A stretch of DNA of 64,000 nt from an uncultured Gammaproteobacteria bacterium (GTDB lineage: Bacteria > Patescibacteriota > Microgenomatia > CAYQLK01), in contig CAYOLO010000001.1 in the NCBI GenBank assembly GCA_964404855.1, positions 595,396 through 659,395 on the forward strand. The letters are read 5' to 3'. Below are positions 1-9,780 of this stretch, in pieces. The first letter of the stretch is position 1, and each line of letters begins with the position of its first letter. The notes under the pieces were generated by a model. That model did no database searches and had not been told where the DNA came from. It saw only the letters and a list, made by a program, of their open reading frames with translations. The translations under genes and the position numbers were made by a program.

Positions 1-321
1 ACCATTGCAAGAGCTGTAATTTTTGATGACGCGGCTCTGACACCTATGAGAAATAAGCCGTTTGTCGAAGTAATTACCGTCGCTAAAATAGACCTTAAAA
101 AAGGTGATAAACTAGACGGAATTGGATTTTATATGACATACGGATTGTGTGAAAATACAGAGACGGCTAGAAAAGAAAACCTTTTGCCAATAGGGCTTAG
201 TGAGGATTGTGTTTTGACGAGAGATATCAAAAAAGATGAGGTTTTAACATTTGATGATGTTACTCTTCCCGAAGGTAGGTTGTGCGACGAGTTATGGAGA
301 GAACAGTTTGAATTATTATAA
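1..321 (+). CDS. C-terminal fragment of SAF-domain oxidoreductase-like protein (gene starts upstream of window)
   Basis: Frame is open from base 1 with no stop before the listed ORF at 46..321. The C-terminal motif LTRDIKKDEVLTFDDVTL is typical of SAF domains. Confidence 0.4.
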   Translation, partial: TIARAVIFDDAALTPMRNKPFVEVITVAKIDLKKGDKLDGIGFYMTYGLCENTETARKENLLPIGLSEDCVLTRDIKKDEVLTFDDVTLPEGRLCDELWREQFELL

Positions 322-429
322 ACTTGGTTTGATCTTATCCAAACCCTACCTTAAGTAGGTAATCAAAATACTTATTGGGACTTAGACGGGAAACATACTT
401 AAGATCCTTGTATTTAATTATTAGACATT

Positions 430-1455
430 ATGTTTACAAAACAATTTTATACATTGCTTGTTTGGTTTTTTTGTTTGTCATTGATGATTTTTTCTTTAAT
501 TCTGTTTTTCTCTCCTTCTGGATTTAACTCTAATATATTAAAGGATAATTCCCTTGTAAGAAACCCTATTAATATTTGGAATTTTCGATCAATTGATACG
601 ATGAAATACTCGAGAGATTTGGCTCGAGAAAAATTAACCGATCAGGCTTTTTTAAGCGAAATTAACACTCAGGTTGCTAATATTGCCGCGACTGGTGCTA
701 ATTATGTGGGAATTGCTACCCCCTATGATGAAGAGTTTGTACCATATTTGACTGCATGGGTAGAAGCGGCTAGAAAAAACAATCTCAATGTTTGGTTCAG
801 GGGAAACTGGTCGAGCTGGGAAGGATGGTTTGGGTATCCTCACGAGATGACTTTCGACGAACATATTGCAAAATCTGCACGATTTGTTGATGAGCATAAA
901 GATTTATTTCAAGACGGAGATAAGTTCTCAGCTTGCCCTGAATGCGAGAATGGTATTCAAGGAGATCCTCGACAAACAGGTCGAATCGTAGAGTATCGTG
1001 ATTTTTTAATCAAAGAAACAACAATATTGAAAGACAAATTCAAATCTAAAGGGTTAGACGTAGATACAAATCTGCTGTCGATGAATATGGACGTAGCACG
1101 GCTTATTATGGACAAGGATACTGCTCGCGCAATTGGCGGAGTAATTACAGTTGACCATTATGTTGCTAACCCTGAAGATCTAGCAGAGGATGCAAAAGAG
1201 TTGGCAAGAGAAACAGAATCCCTAATAATTTATGGAGAGTTTGGTACCCCAATACCTGATATTAATGGAGATATGACAGATAAAGAACAGGTTGAGTGGT
1301 TAGAAAAGGCTTTAGCTAAGGTCAGTAATACTCCTGAGGTTGTCGGGATGAGTTATTGGGTGAATAAGGACGGATCAACTGAGCTTTGGGAGTCAGATAA
1401 TACACCCAAATCGGCCGTAGACGTAATAACTAAGTATTTCAAATTAAAGAGATAG
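430..1455 (+). CDS. secreted or membrane-anchored TIM-barrel glycoside hydrolase-like protein (GH5/GH113-like)
   Basis: N-terminal hydrophobic anchor; motifs WFRGNWSSWEGW and IIYGEFGTP resemble clan GH-A acid/base and nucleophile regions. Confidence 0.4.
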   Translation: MFTKQFYTLLVWFFCLSLMIFSLILFFSPSGFNSNILKDNSLVRNPINIWNFRSIDTMKYSRDLAREKLTDQAFLSEINTQVANIAATGANYVGIATPYDEEFVPYLTAWVEAARKNNLNVWFRGNWSSWEGWFGYPHEMTFDEHIAKSARFVDEHKDLFQDGDKFSACPECENGIQGDPRQTGRIVEYRDFLIKETTILKDKFKSKGLDVDTNLLSMNMDVARLIMDKDTARAIGGVITVDHYVANPEDLAEDAKELARETESLIIYGEFGTPIPDINGDMTDKEQVEWLEKALAKVSNTPEVVGMSYWVNKDGSTELWESDNTPKSAVDVITKYFKLKR

Positions 1456-1551
1456 TTTTTGAGATAAGTTAGATTTATAAAATATTGTTATAGGATACCT
1501 TGATGCCTATAGTGATGGTGGCGATTTTTTTCAGAAATTTTTTTTGACTTA

Positions 1552-2799
1552 TTAATTTCGATGTGAGTTGTTGTGTGATGTTTTTTCCCAGGTATATTGA
1601 TTTTTTAACATTCTAAATATTGCCCTTAATGAGGAAAAACTTAACATTAGTTGAAATGGGTAGTATGTCAATAAAATATGTAATATTAATTTCGGTGAAT
1701 ATTTATATTCATAATCCTTGGTAAACTCATATGCACCAAAGACGTAGAAAATTAATTGCGAGGCAAGAATGATTATTGGTATTAGTGAAAATATAATTAA
1801 CTCGATTGGGGCAGAAATAAATAATAGCGTGAAACTAATTAAAGGAAAATAAATTACCCATGCTGTTTGTAATAGTGGAACCACTAAGACATAGGCGGTT
1901 AATACTTTTCTTTTAATTCCTTTGATTTTTATCCATTTGAACTGAAAAAATATTTGTAAAAATCCCTGATTCCATCTAGTTCTTTGTTTTATAAATTGTG
2001 ATACTGAAGAAGGTGTTTCTTCCTTGGTTACATGTTTTTCATCATAAACAACAATTATTTTTGCATCTAGGACTGATAAGCGAATACCGATATCGGCGTC
2101 CTCAGTTAACATTGTCTCGTTCCAGCCGCCTATTGAGATTAGCTGTTTTTTTTTAAAAAAAACTGTATTTCCACCTAGTGGTACTACTCCAATTTTTGCA
2201 AAAAATGGCATCGATGACTTGAACCAAAAATAATATTCCAACACATTAAACAATGAAAACCATTTTGATTTGTAATTCATTAATTGCACTCCTGCCTGCA
2301 CAACGTCGGATTTAGTTCGCATAATAATTGTATTAATAATATTTAAGATATCCTGATGGGGTTCATCCTCGGCGTCAAAAATACCAATTATCGTTTTGTT
2401 TGATTTCTTTAAACCAATGTTTAATGATTTTGGCTTGTTGTCAATATTATTTTCTACAATAACTAGTCTGAAATTTTTAGATTGGATATTGCTTATTGCA
2501 CTTCTTATTGCATTAAGTGTTAATAAATCGTCCTTACGGCATAAGACAATAATTTCAAAAAGATTTGTTGGGTAGTTTATTTTCGACATTGCGATTAATG
2601 TGTCAAATATGACCTTTGACTCATTTCGTACAGGAAGAAGTAGTGAGAATGAATTGTTTGGTTTAGAAAAGCGTTTTGGAGACTTGCGGAGCTTAAGTGT
2701 ATCCGTGTTTTTCCAGGAATAAAACATTGAAAAGAAATCTAAAAGCGAATGAAGAATTAATATTAACGTTAAGGAAAAAATTATTCCTGTAAATATCAT
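1552..2799 (-). CDS. membrane glycosyltransferase family 2, processive type (QxxRW motif)
   Basis: DAED motif (GIFDAEDEPHQDIL), Q-R-T-R-W motif, N- and C-terminal transmembrane segments. Homologous to the GT2 at 41096..42613. Confidence 0.8.
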   Translation of the reverse strand: MIFTGIIFSLTLILILHSLLDFFSMFYSWKNTDTLKLRKSPKRFSKPNNSFSLLLPVRNESKVIFDTLIAMSKINYPTNLFEIIVLCRKDDLLTLNAIRSAISNIQSKNFRLVIVENNIDNKPKSLNIGLKKSNKTIIGIFDAEDEPHQDILNIINTIIMRTKSDVVQAGVQLMNYKSKWFSLFNVLEYYFWFKSSMPFFAKIGVVPLGGNTVFFKKKQLISIGGWNETMLTEDADIGIRLSVLDAKIIVVYDEKHVTKEETPSSVSQFIKQRTRWNQGFLQIFFQFKWIKIKGIKRKVLTAYVLVVPLLQTAWVIYFPLISFTLLFISAPIELIIFSLIPIIILASQLIFYVFGAYEFTKDYEYKYSPKLILHILLTYYPFQLMLSFSSLRAIFRMLKNQYTWEKTSHNNSHRN

Positions 2800-2801
2800 T
2801 T

Positions 2802-3335
2802 TTAAATAATAGAACCTGTGTAGTTTGCGGTTACTATAATTCGTTTACTGTCTAAAAATCCAGAACAAGTATAGAGAGTCATGACTTTTTGGTCTGATTC
2901 TAAGGACACTTTTGCGTATTTGGCTGGCGATTCTGTAATAAGGTCAACTGTAAAGACTTTGGCTTCGCCATTTGCGTATTTGAGCTCGATTGTATCCCCT
3001 CTCTTGACGTTTTTAAGGTTACCAAGGAGATTGGACCAGTTATGACCATAAAACACGCTATTACCTGTTTGAGCTGGTATTGCGCTATCTGTAAGATAAG
3101 TGACGCCGTTTTTGGTAGTTTCGAATTTGCCGTTGTTTCTAGTCGCAGGAATAATAGGTAAATTCACATTTATTGAACTAATTGTAATAGTGTTTGGTTG
3201 AACTGAATTAGATGTTTCTTTAGCAATTAATGGATCAACTGAGGTAGGAATAAAGGTTTGAATATAAAGTCCAGTTCCAAAGAGAATTAAAATTACACCT
3301 GACGCAATCAAACATTTGGAAAGAATGTTTTTCAT
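2802..3335 (-). CDS. sortase family transpeptidase
   Basis: N-terminal TM anchor and the TLYTC active-site cysteine motif characteristic of sortases. Confidence 0.8.
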   Translation of the reverse strand: MKNILSKCLIASGVILILFGTGLYIQTFIPTSVDPLIAKETSNSVQPNTITISSINVNLPIIPATRNNGKFETTKNGVTYLTDSAIPAQTGNSVFYGHNWSNLLGNLKNVKRGDTIELKYANGEAKVFTVDLITESPAKYAKVSLESDQKVMTLYTCSGFLDSKRIIVTANYTGSII

Positions 3336-3356
3336 TGTTGCCGTTTTTTGGCGAAC

Positions 3357-3944
3357 TTATTTGTTTCGGGATTTTTTGATACTCAATCCACCAAGAACTA
3401 GTCCAAGACCAAGGGTCATGAAAGCTAATATATTTGACATATTACCTGTTGTGGCAACGCCTAATATTTCACCACCGCCAATTCCACTACCGAAGTCATT
3501 AGATTTGGAGATCTCTGTGTTGCTAGTTGTACTTGCTCCTCCGACTGAGTGACAGGTGTAACCTTTATTCATAGCTAAATATGGAGCCTTTTCTAGTCCC
3601 CAAATAGAGCCATCCAAAACTAAAATCCAACCTTGATTGACGAATGACTGTACTTCATTCTGAGTTAGATCTGAAACTTTGAACCAATTGGTTTGTATTC
3701 CATTGCCTTCTGGAGGACAAAAACACTGAGTGTATGATTTATCAGATATTGTATATACAGCATCAGAACCGCTAAAGATTCGATTGTCGCCCACTATTCC
3801 ATGAATACCTGTGTCATATTTGACTTTAAGTCCAGCATTTGGAGCAAAACAGTCAGTAAATGGAGGAAGTGTCGCAAAAGCTGAGGTCGCAAGAGGAACC
3901 GATAATGTAATGTTAGCTGCCAGAGCTAAAAATGTTTTTTTCAT
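3357..3944 (-). CDS. secreted surface protein with C-terminal sortase-type sorting signal
   Basis: N-terminal signal peptide. C-terminal LGVATTG-like motif followed by a hydrophobic stretch and KKSRNK basic tail. Immediately upstream of the sortase gene. Confidence 0.6.
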   Translation of the reverse strand: MKKTFLALAANITLSVPLATSAFATLPPFTDCFAPNAGLKVKYDTGIHGIVGDNRIFSGSDAVYTISDKSYTQCFCPPEGNGIQTNWFKVSDLTQNEVQSFVNQGWILVLDGSIWGLEKAPYLAMNKGYTCHSVGGASTTSNTEISKSNDFGSGIGGGEILGVATTGNMSNILAFMTLGLGLVLGGLSIKKSRNK

Positions 3945-4153
3945 TTTTTTTATTTTTACTCGGGCAGTAGAAATATGTTATAGGGTGAAATTATACCCAA
4001 AAATTTGAATATGTCAACCCTGTAGTATTTAATTAGATGTTATAGTTTGTAGCTAATTGATATGCATAATCAGAGTTAACCAAATACTATAATTAAATTT
4101 AGTTAATAATCCTATAATTAAAGCTATTTTCGTAAAGGTGTAAAATAGAATAT

Positions 4154-4762
4154 ATGTTGAGTAATAAAGTGATTGGCCATGATGATGTTCACCTGTTAGT
4201 GCCTGATCAGGAGTATCGTTTATGTTCAATGAACAATTTGGACCTAAAAGGTGTTGAATTAACAGGTTCAAAATTTACGGATTGTAATTTTTCTCACTCT
4301 GATTTGACGGATGCTAAGCTTAACGATTGTGAACTTGAGCGCTGTGATTTGTCGAACATTAAGATTGCGGGTGCTAATTTATTTTCTACGGCGTTTCGGG
4401 AATGTAAATTACTGGGGGTGAGTTTTACAGTTCACACCAATATTACTTCTTGTGTCTTTGAAAAATGCCATATGGAATACACCTCATGGAGAGGAATGAA
4501 CTTAACTGGAATGGATTTGTCTCATAGCTTGCTTAAAGGATCTGACTTCGGTGCCGCAAACTTGGCTCGAGTTAATTTTACAAATAGTGATTTATTGGAG
4601 TGTGAATGGGATTATGCTAAGTTTAACCATACTGACGTTAGAGGCGCTAAGATTGACACTTTGAGTCTTAAAAAAGATGTTCATGGTTTGATAGTTACTC
4701 TTACACAGTTAAGAGGAATGGCTGAAAATGTCGGAATTATTGTTCTTGATGCTCATCCTTAA
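4154..4762 (+). CDS. pentapeptide-repeat protein (Qnr/MfpA-like fold)
   Basis: Tandem A(D/N)LxX pentapeptide repeats throughout (DLTDAKLNDCELERCDLSNIKIAGANL...). Confidence 0.8.
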   Translation: MLSNKVIGHDDVHLLVPDQEYRLCSMNNLDLKGVELTGSKFTDCNFSHSDLTDAKLNDCELERCDLSNIKIAGANLFSTAFRECKLLGVSFTVHTNITSCVFEKCHMEYTSWRGMNLTGMDLSHSLLKGSDFGAANLARVNFTNSDLLECEWDYAKFNHTDVRGAKIDTLSLKKDVHGLIVTLTQLRGMAENVGIIVLDAHP

Positions 4763-4772
4763 TATCTAATCT

Positions 4773-5303
4773 TTAGGTTTGTTCAAATAAAACTCCATTA
4801 TTTGAAACATAAGGATCTGTACACATAGACCTATTAAAACAACAAGGTCTGCGCATTCCTGATTTGAGCTTGGAGCAGGCAGTGTCTATTCTTTTTTCGC
4901 GTGTTTCTGGGTTTTTGGTTGAATTAATCCAGCGTATCCAGTCCCAACGAGCCATTGGTGTGGTATCTATCCACACAGCTCGAGCTTGGGGATTGCTTGT
5001 CAGTGCTGACTTTAAATCCTCAGGTAATTCTGGTTCTGGCCATTCTTTAATTGGCTCCAACGTAAGAGTAACAGTATCCCCTGCTTCAGCTTTAATGGTT
5101 TTGCGTGTGGTTTGGTCAACTCTAAACCAATGACTACCTTTGCCATCTGGTTCTAATGGGGCTTGAATTGGGCGACTATTTATTGTGCCACCAACCATCA
5201 CCATGCCTCGGGATGGAAGCTTAGCACTTTCGCTAATAGGTAATCTTATAAGTGTCCACTTACCAATTTTGAATAATTTGGTCTCGAAGTTAATTGAAAG
5301 CAT
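4773..5303 (-). CDS. DUF1905 / YdeI-OmpD-associated family protein
   Basis: N-terminal DUF1905-like beta region and C-terminal YdeI/OmdA-like basic helical tail. Confidence 0.6.
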   Translation of the reverse strand: MLSINFETKLFKIGKWTLIRLPISESAKLPSRGMVMVGGTINSRPIQAPLEPDGKGSHWFRVDQTTRKTIKAEAGDTVTLTLEPIKEWPEPELPEDLKSALTSNPQARAVWIDTTPMARWDWIRWINSTKNPETREKRIDTACSKLKSGMRRPCCFNRSMCTDPYVSNNGVLFEQT

Positions 5304-5329
5304 GTTTATATATAAATATTTTAGCTTAT

Positions 5330-5860
5330 TTAGTCACGAAGTGAAGTATTACCCTTAACATCGGCCGAAACAAAATATCCTTGATATTTTTCCAGTTGAG
5401 GAACATCTTTTCCTTCTAGAAGTGAAAAATACACTTTTGTAGTAAATGTCTTGGACAATAGTTGATTTTTTGAGACGAATTTGTCAATTTCACCAGAAAC
5501 TATAAGGTTGTGAAGATCTTTTACTGCTACAAATAAGTTGTTATCAAATAATTCTATGTTTTTAACAATTACAATGGTTTCATTCGTAACATCTTTTAAT
5601 TCTTCGATGAATTCTTTGAGCTTATCTTGTGTAAAAAATTGAGCACTTGTGTGTTTATGCCCCACTTGATGTTCAAATTCTTGTTCAGCCATAGGATAAC
5701 CACATAGAAATATGACCTTGTTTCTTTGAGTGAACCATTTTGCAGCTAGGCAGATTGTATATAATGATGCGCCCGAACCTTCTTTGCCGTGTATGAGCAT
5801 TGGGAGACTTTCAAGAATCAACGATTCCACTTCTGTGCCATCAACGAGGATTTTTTTCAT
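5330..5860 (-). CDS. hypothetical protein
   Basis: ORF trimmed to the MKKILVDG start at 5860, because the longer ORF to 5932 runs into tRNA-His. No recognisable domain. Confidence 0.4.
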   Translation of the reverse strand: MKKILVDGTEVESLILESLPMLIHGKEGSGASLYTICLAAKWFTQRNKVIFLCGYPMAEQEFEHQVGHKHTSAQFFTQDKLKEFIEELKDVTNETIVIVKNIELFDNNLFVAVKDLHNLIVSGEIDKFVSKNQLLSKTFTTKVYFSLLEGKDVPQLEKYQGYFVSADVKGNTSLRD

Positions 5861-5889
5861 AATTGTGTAATAGATCACACATAATCTAT

Positions 5890-5965
5890 GGGTGGCTGAG
5901 CGGGCTCGAACCGCCGACCTCCAGGTCCACAACCTAGCGCTCTAACCAACTGAGCTACAGCCACC
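5890..5965 (-). tRNA. tRNA-His (anticodon GTG)
   Basis: Reverse complement is GGTGGCTGTAGCTCAGTTGG...TTGTGGA...GGTTCGAGCCCGC...CAGCCACC. Cloverleaf with encoded G-1 and GTG anticodon; closely resembles E. coli tRNA-His. Confidence 0.9.
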
Positions 5966-6014
5966 ATTCTGACTTGGTTTTGCTATTTCTAACAAAAGCG
6001 AGACGTATTGTACC

Positions 6015-6347
6015 CTAATCTTGGTGTTTCTTCAAAATTAAGTCTTGGTATCTTTTTTTGTTGTTGCGAAGGTAAATAAACGGCAAAATACCTGCTGTGT
6101 TAAAGATAAATAAAGAAATAAACCAACCTTTGTCAGAAAGCCTTGCAGCCCTCCACATAGCTTTTACTTTAAGAACAACATCAATAATCGTAATTGCAAT
6201 AATAACGACATAAATGACGCCGAATACGGCCATAAATGTGCCTGTATCTAGTCCTGAGTATGGGTTAATAGAATCATAATCGTTGACTACTGGCATATTA
6301 GTGTTTAACTCCTTTGAGTTAAGCGTGTTTTGTGTAAGATAATTCAA
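6015..6347 (-). CDS. small membrane protein (PLD-nuclease N-terminal-like / DUF)
   Basis: Two TM helices and a WRAARLSDKGWFISLFIFNTAGILPFIYL motif. Confidence 0.4.
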   Translation of the reverse strand: MNYLTQNTLNSKELNTNMPVVNDYDSINPYSGLDTGTFMAVFGVIYVVIIAITIIDVVLKVKAMWRAARLSDKGWFISLFIFNTAGILPFIYLRNNKKRYQDLILKKHQD

Positions 6348-6385
6348 TTATATTCACCTCCTTTGTGAAATCTTTGATGATTCTA

Positions 6386-6391
6386 TTATAA
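6386..6391 (+). promoter_or_regulatory. TATAAT -10 element upstream of tRNA-Arg
   Basis: Exact TATAAT about 18 nt upstream of the tRNA 5' end. The -35 element is weak. Confidence 0.35.
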
Positions 6392-6409
6392 TAGTTGCGC
6401 TCGGATAAT

Positions 6410-6483
6410 GTCTCCATAGCTCAGTGGATTAGAGCGAACGCCTTCTAAGCGTTAGGTCGCAGGTTCGAATCCTGCTGGAGGCA
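6410..6483 (+). tRNA. tRNA-Arg (anticodon TCT)
   Basis: GTCTCCATAGCTCAGTGGATTAGAGCG...CTTCTAA loop...GGTTCGAATCCTGCTGGAGGCA. Canonical D and T arms. Confidence 0.9.
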
Positions 6484-6533
6484 CACAAATTAAAGTTGGT
6501 TTATTCGCCCTATAGTAATATAATTGCTGCCCG

Positions 6534-7991
6534 ATGAAATTAAAGAGGTATATTTTTTTCTTATTATTAATTTTAATTGTTCTTTTTCCTCTGCCTGTGT
6601 TGGCGCGTGAAGATTTGGAACCTAAGAACATTAATACTGTAATTCCCTCACCTAATAACCGATTTGGAATACATCTCAATGAGCCAGAATCAGATATTGA
6701 ACATGCCAAGCTATTAGTTAATAGTAATGGTGATTGGGGTTGGGTGGTAATGGTGATTAGGTCGAACGATCGAGATAAGGAAAAATGGCAAAGGATTTTT
6801 AATAAATTACGAGAAGATCATTTGATTCCTGTAGTTAGAATTGCTAGCAAACCAAACGCGGCGGGATATTGGGAAAGACCTACTGAAGAAGATGCCAAAA
6901 ACTGGGCGGATTTTCTCGACTCATTGATTTGGCCTACAAAAACTAGATTTGTAACTTTGTACAATGAGCCTAATCATTCTGGTGAATGGGGTGGTGAGGT
7001 AGATCCTGTTGATTACGCCAATAGGTTTGTTGAACAAGCAAAACGTCTTAAGGAAAAATCTAATGACTTTTTTATTCTAAATGGCGCAATCGATGCTGCG
7101 CCTCCAAACGAAATGCCAAAGTTTGCGAGTTTTGAATATTTTGTCGGTCATGCTGTAGCGGGTAATAGTGAGTTTCTTCAATATATTGATGGGTGGGCAT
7201 CTCATAGTTATCCAAATCCTGATTTTGCTGCGCCTGTTACAAACACTGGTAAAGCATCGGTCAAATCATATGTGTATGAGAAGACATTTGTTGAAAATTT
7301 GGGTAAAAAAATTGATTATGTTTTTGTTACCGAAACCGGCTGGAAACATAGCGAAGGTGTAGATGTGGACGGTAATCGTATTAGCGCTGAGGAAGCTGCA
7401 GATCGATATAAAACTGCGTATCAGACAGTTTGGACTGAGGATTATCTCGTAATGGTAGCCCCTTTTATTATTGATTATCCAGACAAGCCTTTTGATAACT
7501 TTAGTTTTCTTAATCCTAGAGTTTTAGGTGAAAGAACGGCGAAATATTTGCCTAATTTTGAAATCATTCGTGATTTACCTAAAAATGTTGGTAGGGCATT
7601 TCAGGAGACAAGAGCAAAATTTGTAAATATTGGTCTTAAGAATTTTTATCGCAAAGGGTCGAATTTTGAAGCTCTAGTTACATTTAAAAATATTGGACAA
7701 AGTTTGTGGGGTGACAATGCTGAGGTTACACCGAGAATAACAGGTGCGGAAAACATTACTGATTTAAAAGTTGAAAAAATAACAGATACAGAACTTACGA
7801 ATGTTAATGAAAATGAAACTTGGAAAATTAGTGGTAATTTGGCAGAAAAAGGTGTGATTACTCTGGGTTTTACTCCGATTGACCAAAACCAAAACTCTTT
7901 GTCAAAACCCGTTAATATGCCAATTTATGTTTCTGACGGATGGGAATATGTTTATCTTTCGGCAAGGGATATACTTTCTGGGATATTGTAA
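6534..7991 (+). CDS. secreted glycoside hydrolase, GH5-like (clan GH-A), with C-terminal extension
   Basis: Signal peptide. YNEPNHSGEW (NEP acid/base motif) and FVTETGWK (nucleophile motif) are typical of GH5. Confidence 0.6.
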   Translation: MKLKRYIFFLLLILIVLFPLPVLAREDLEPKNINTVIPSPNNRFGIHLNEPESDIEHAKLLVNSNGDWGWVVMVIRSNDRDKEKWQRIFNKLREDHLIPVVRIASKPNAAGYWERPTEEDAKNWADFLDSLIWPTKTRFVTLYNEPNHSGEWGGEVDPVDYANRFVEQAKRLKEKSNDFFILNGAIDAAPPNEMPKFASFEYFVGHAVAGNSEFLQYIDGWASHSYPNPDFAAPVTNTGKASVKSYVYEKTFVENLGKKIDYVFVTETGWKHSEGVDVDGNRISAEEAADRYKTAYQTVWTEDYLVMVAPFIIDYPDKPFDNFSFLNPRVLGERTAKYLPNFEIIRDLPKNVGRAFQETRAKFVNIGLKNFYRKGSNFEALVTFKNIGQSLWGDNAEVTPRITGAENITDLKVEKITDTELTNVNENETWKISGNLAEKGVITLGFTPIDQNQNSLSKPVNMPIYVSDGWEYVYLSARDILSGIL

Positions 7992-8015
7992 GTAAAATAT
8001 GGCAGGGTTTTTTTT

Positions 8016-8088
8016 GGGAACGTAGCTCAGCGGTAGAGCAGTCGCCTCTTAAGCGATTGGTCCAGGGTTCGAATCCCTGCGTTCCCAC
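8016..8088 (+). tRNA. tRNA-Lys (anticodon CTT)
   Basis: GGGAACGTAGCTCAGCGGTAGAGCAGTCGCCTCTTAAGCGAT...GGTTCGAATCCCTGCGTTCCCA. Confidence 0.9.
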
Positions 8089-8096
8089 ATTAGATC

Positions 8097-9500
8097 TTAA
8101 CGAACTAGGAAATTACTATTACTTAATATCTCTTCAAGGTCGGAAAAGTGTTTTTTGATTGCACTAATTTGTTTGTCGGGAAAATATAGAAAAACAGCTG
8201 GAGCTTCATCGACTAAATATTTTTGAAACTCATTGTATTGTTGCTGCCTAGCTGATTGAGCAATTGTTTGCCTGCCATCTTCAAGAAGCTTGTCTATTCG
8301 GACGTTACTTAGTTGAGTTAAATTAGTTTTGACTTGGGTTGAATGCCAAAGTGAGTATTGGTCAGGATCTGACGAAATAGTTTGTGCTCCAACTAGAACC
8401 TGAAAACTATCCGGAACACCGCGAACATTTTTAATTTCAACACTAAATCCACCTGCTGTCCAATCTTCAGCGATTTGTTTGGCAATATCTTCGTAGTCTC
8501 TGGTTGTACTAATTGTTATTTTTTTCTCGATGCTTTTATCTAAATCTTTTAGTAATTCCTCTGCTTTTTTAACATCATATTCGTATTTTTTGACATGCTC
8601 GGAATATGCCCAAGAAGTTGATGGAATAGGTCCAGTGGCTAAAATTCCAGCGCTGATAAAGTCTTTTTGTATTAGATGATTAAGGGCTTGTCTAACTTTT
8701 TTGTCCCCAAGTAATACATCCTTGGTGTTGAAAAAGGCAGCAACCAACCTTGTAGGTCTTTTGTAATTAATATTATTAACGTTGGGCCAAGTGATAAAAG
8801 GATTTGGATTGAAAATCTCTGTTGATTTAACTCTGCCTTGTTTGTAGGCAAGATAGGCAGATTCGCGATTTGGAAAAAACTCTACAATCAATAGCTTAAA
8901 TCTATTGTCAGCTTTTGTGAAATGAAGTTCTTTTACAATTTGTTCGACTTCTTTGATTTCTGTTAGTTTGTACGCTCCCGTACCTGCATAAGTACCTTTT
9001 CTGAATATTGGAGCCGAGGCAACGGTCGGAAAAGATGCTAGCGGATCATCGAGCTGGTATTCAATTGTATCCTCACTTATGACCTTGCTCTTGACCTTGG
9101 GAAAAATATCAACGAAATCATCAATTATTACTTTTTGACCATCTTGCCAATAGGTGTTTTTGTCGATTTGGAAGGTAAAGGTTTTTTTGTCATCGCTAAC
9201 TTTCCAAAAAATGGCAATATCTGGTTTAACTTGTCCATTTTCGTCGATTTGAGTCAAACCTCTAGTAGCTAAGCCTAAGATTTCTGGCGGAACCTCTGAA
9301 ATTTTATAGTTACCAACGACAGCGTGAGTATAAATATCTCGTCCAATAATTAGTGGTAGTCCTTTGAATAGTAGAGCGAATATTCCTGAAATTAAAATAA
9401 TTATTACTGCTATTAGTGCGGCCTTTTTGACAATGTATGCTTTGGTTATCCAAAACCAAAATCTAATCCGGCGGGAAAAAGCTTTAGTGTTAACTTTCAC
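8097..9500 (-). CDS. ABC transporter substrate-binding protein, family 5 (oligopeptide/dipeptide-binding, OppA/DppA-like), membrane anchored
   Basis: N-terminal TM anchor. Overall SBP_bac_5-like architecture (~470 aa). Confidence 0.65.
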   Translation of the reverse strand: MKVNTKAFSRRIRFWFWITKAYIVKKAALIAVIIILISGIFALLFKGLPLIIGRDIYTHAVVGNYKISEVPPEILGLATRGLTQIDENGQVKPDIAIFWKVSDDKKTFTFQIDKNTYWQDGQKVIIDDFVDIFPKVKSKVISEDTIEYQLDDPLASFPTVASAPIFRKGTYAGTGAYKLTEIKEVEQIVKELHFTKADNRFKLLIVEFFPNRESAYLAYKQGRVKSTEIFNPNPFITWPNVNNINYKRPTRLVAAFFNTKDVLLGDKKVRQALNHLIQKDFISAGILATGPIPSTSWAYSEHVKKYEYDVKKAEELLKDLDKSIEKKITISTTRDYEDIAKQIAEDWTAGGFSVEIKNVRGVPDSFQVLVGAQTISSDPDQYSLWHSTQVKTNLTQLSNVRIDKLLEDGRQTIAQSARQQQYNEFQKYLVDEAPAVFLYFPDKQISAIKKHFSDLEEILSNSNFLVR

Positions 9501-9521
9501 AAGATTGTAGGCTAATTAAAA

Positions 9522-9746
9522 CTAATTAAGGATAACAAGCGCAATTGAGATAGCGAAAAAGACAGCGGCCAGTCCGATGGTCATGTAATAGAGAATTTTT
9601 TCTACTCCCCTTCTGGACCTGTAAAAATCACCGCCTCCTCCAAAGGTCGACGAAAGCCCAACGCCTTTACTTTGTAACAGAATTGAGACTGTTAAAAGAA
9701 TCGAAATGATAATTAGAAAAATGCTAAGTATTTGATTGATACCCAT
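9522..9746 (-). CDS. secG: preprotein translocase subunit SecG
   Basis: 74 aa, two TM helices, LLQSKGVGLSSTFGGGG motif typical of SecG. Confidence 0.75.
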   Translation of the reverse strand: MGINQILSIFLIIISILLTVSILLQSKGVGLSSTFGGGGDFYRSRRGVEKILYYMTIGLAAVFFAISIALVILN

Positions 9747-9780
9747 AGTGGAGATTATAACAAAAGGATTATGTTTATTG

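Noticed and set aside
5861-5932. N-terminal extension of the 5330..5932 ORF
   Set aside because: The extension overlaps tRNA-His. The start was trimmed to the MKKIL methionine at 5860.
6452-6709. 85-aa minus-strand ORF
   Set aside because: It overlaps tRNA-Arg on the opposite strand and the start of the GH5-like gene, so it is a spurious ORF.
7940-8158. 72-aa ORF
   Set aside because: It runs through tRNA-Lys (8016-8088), so it is spurious.
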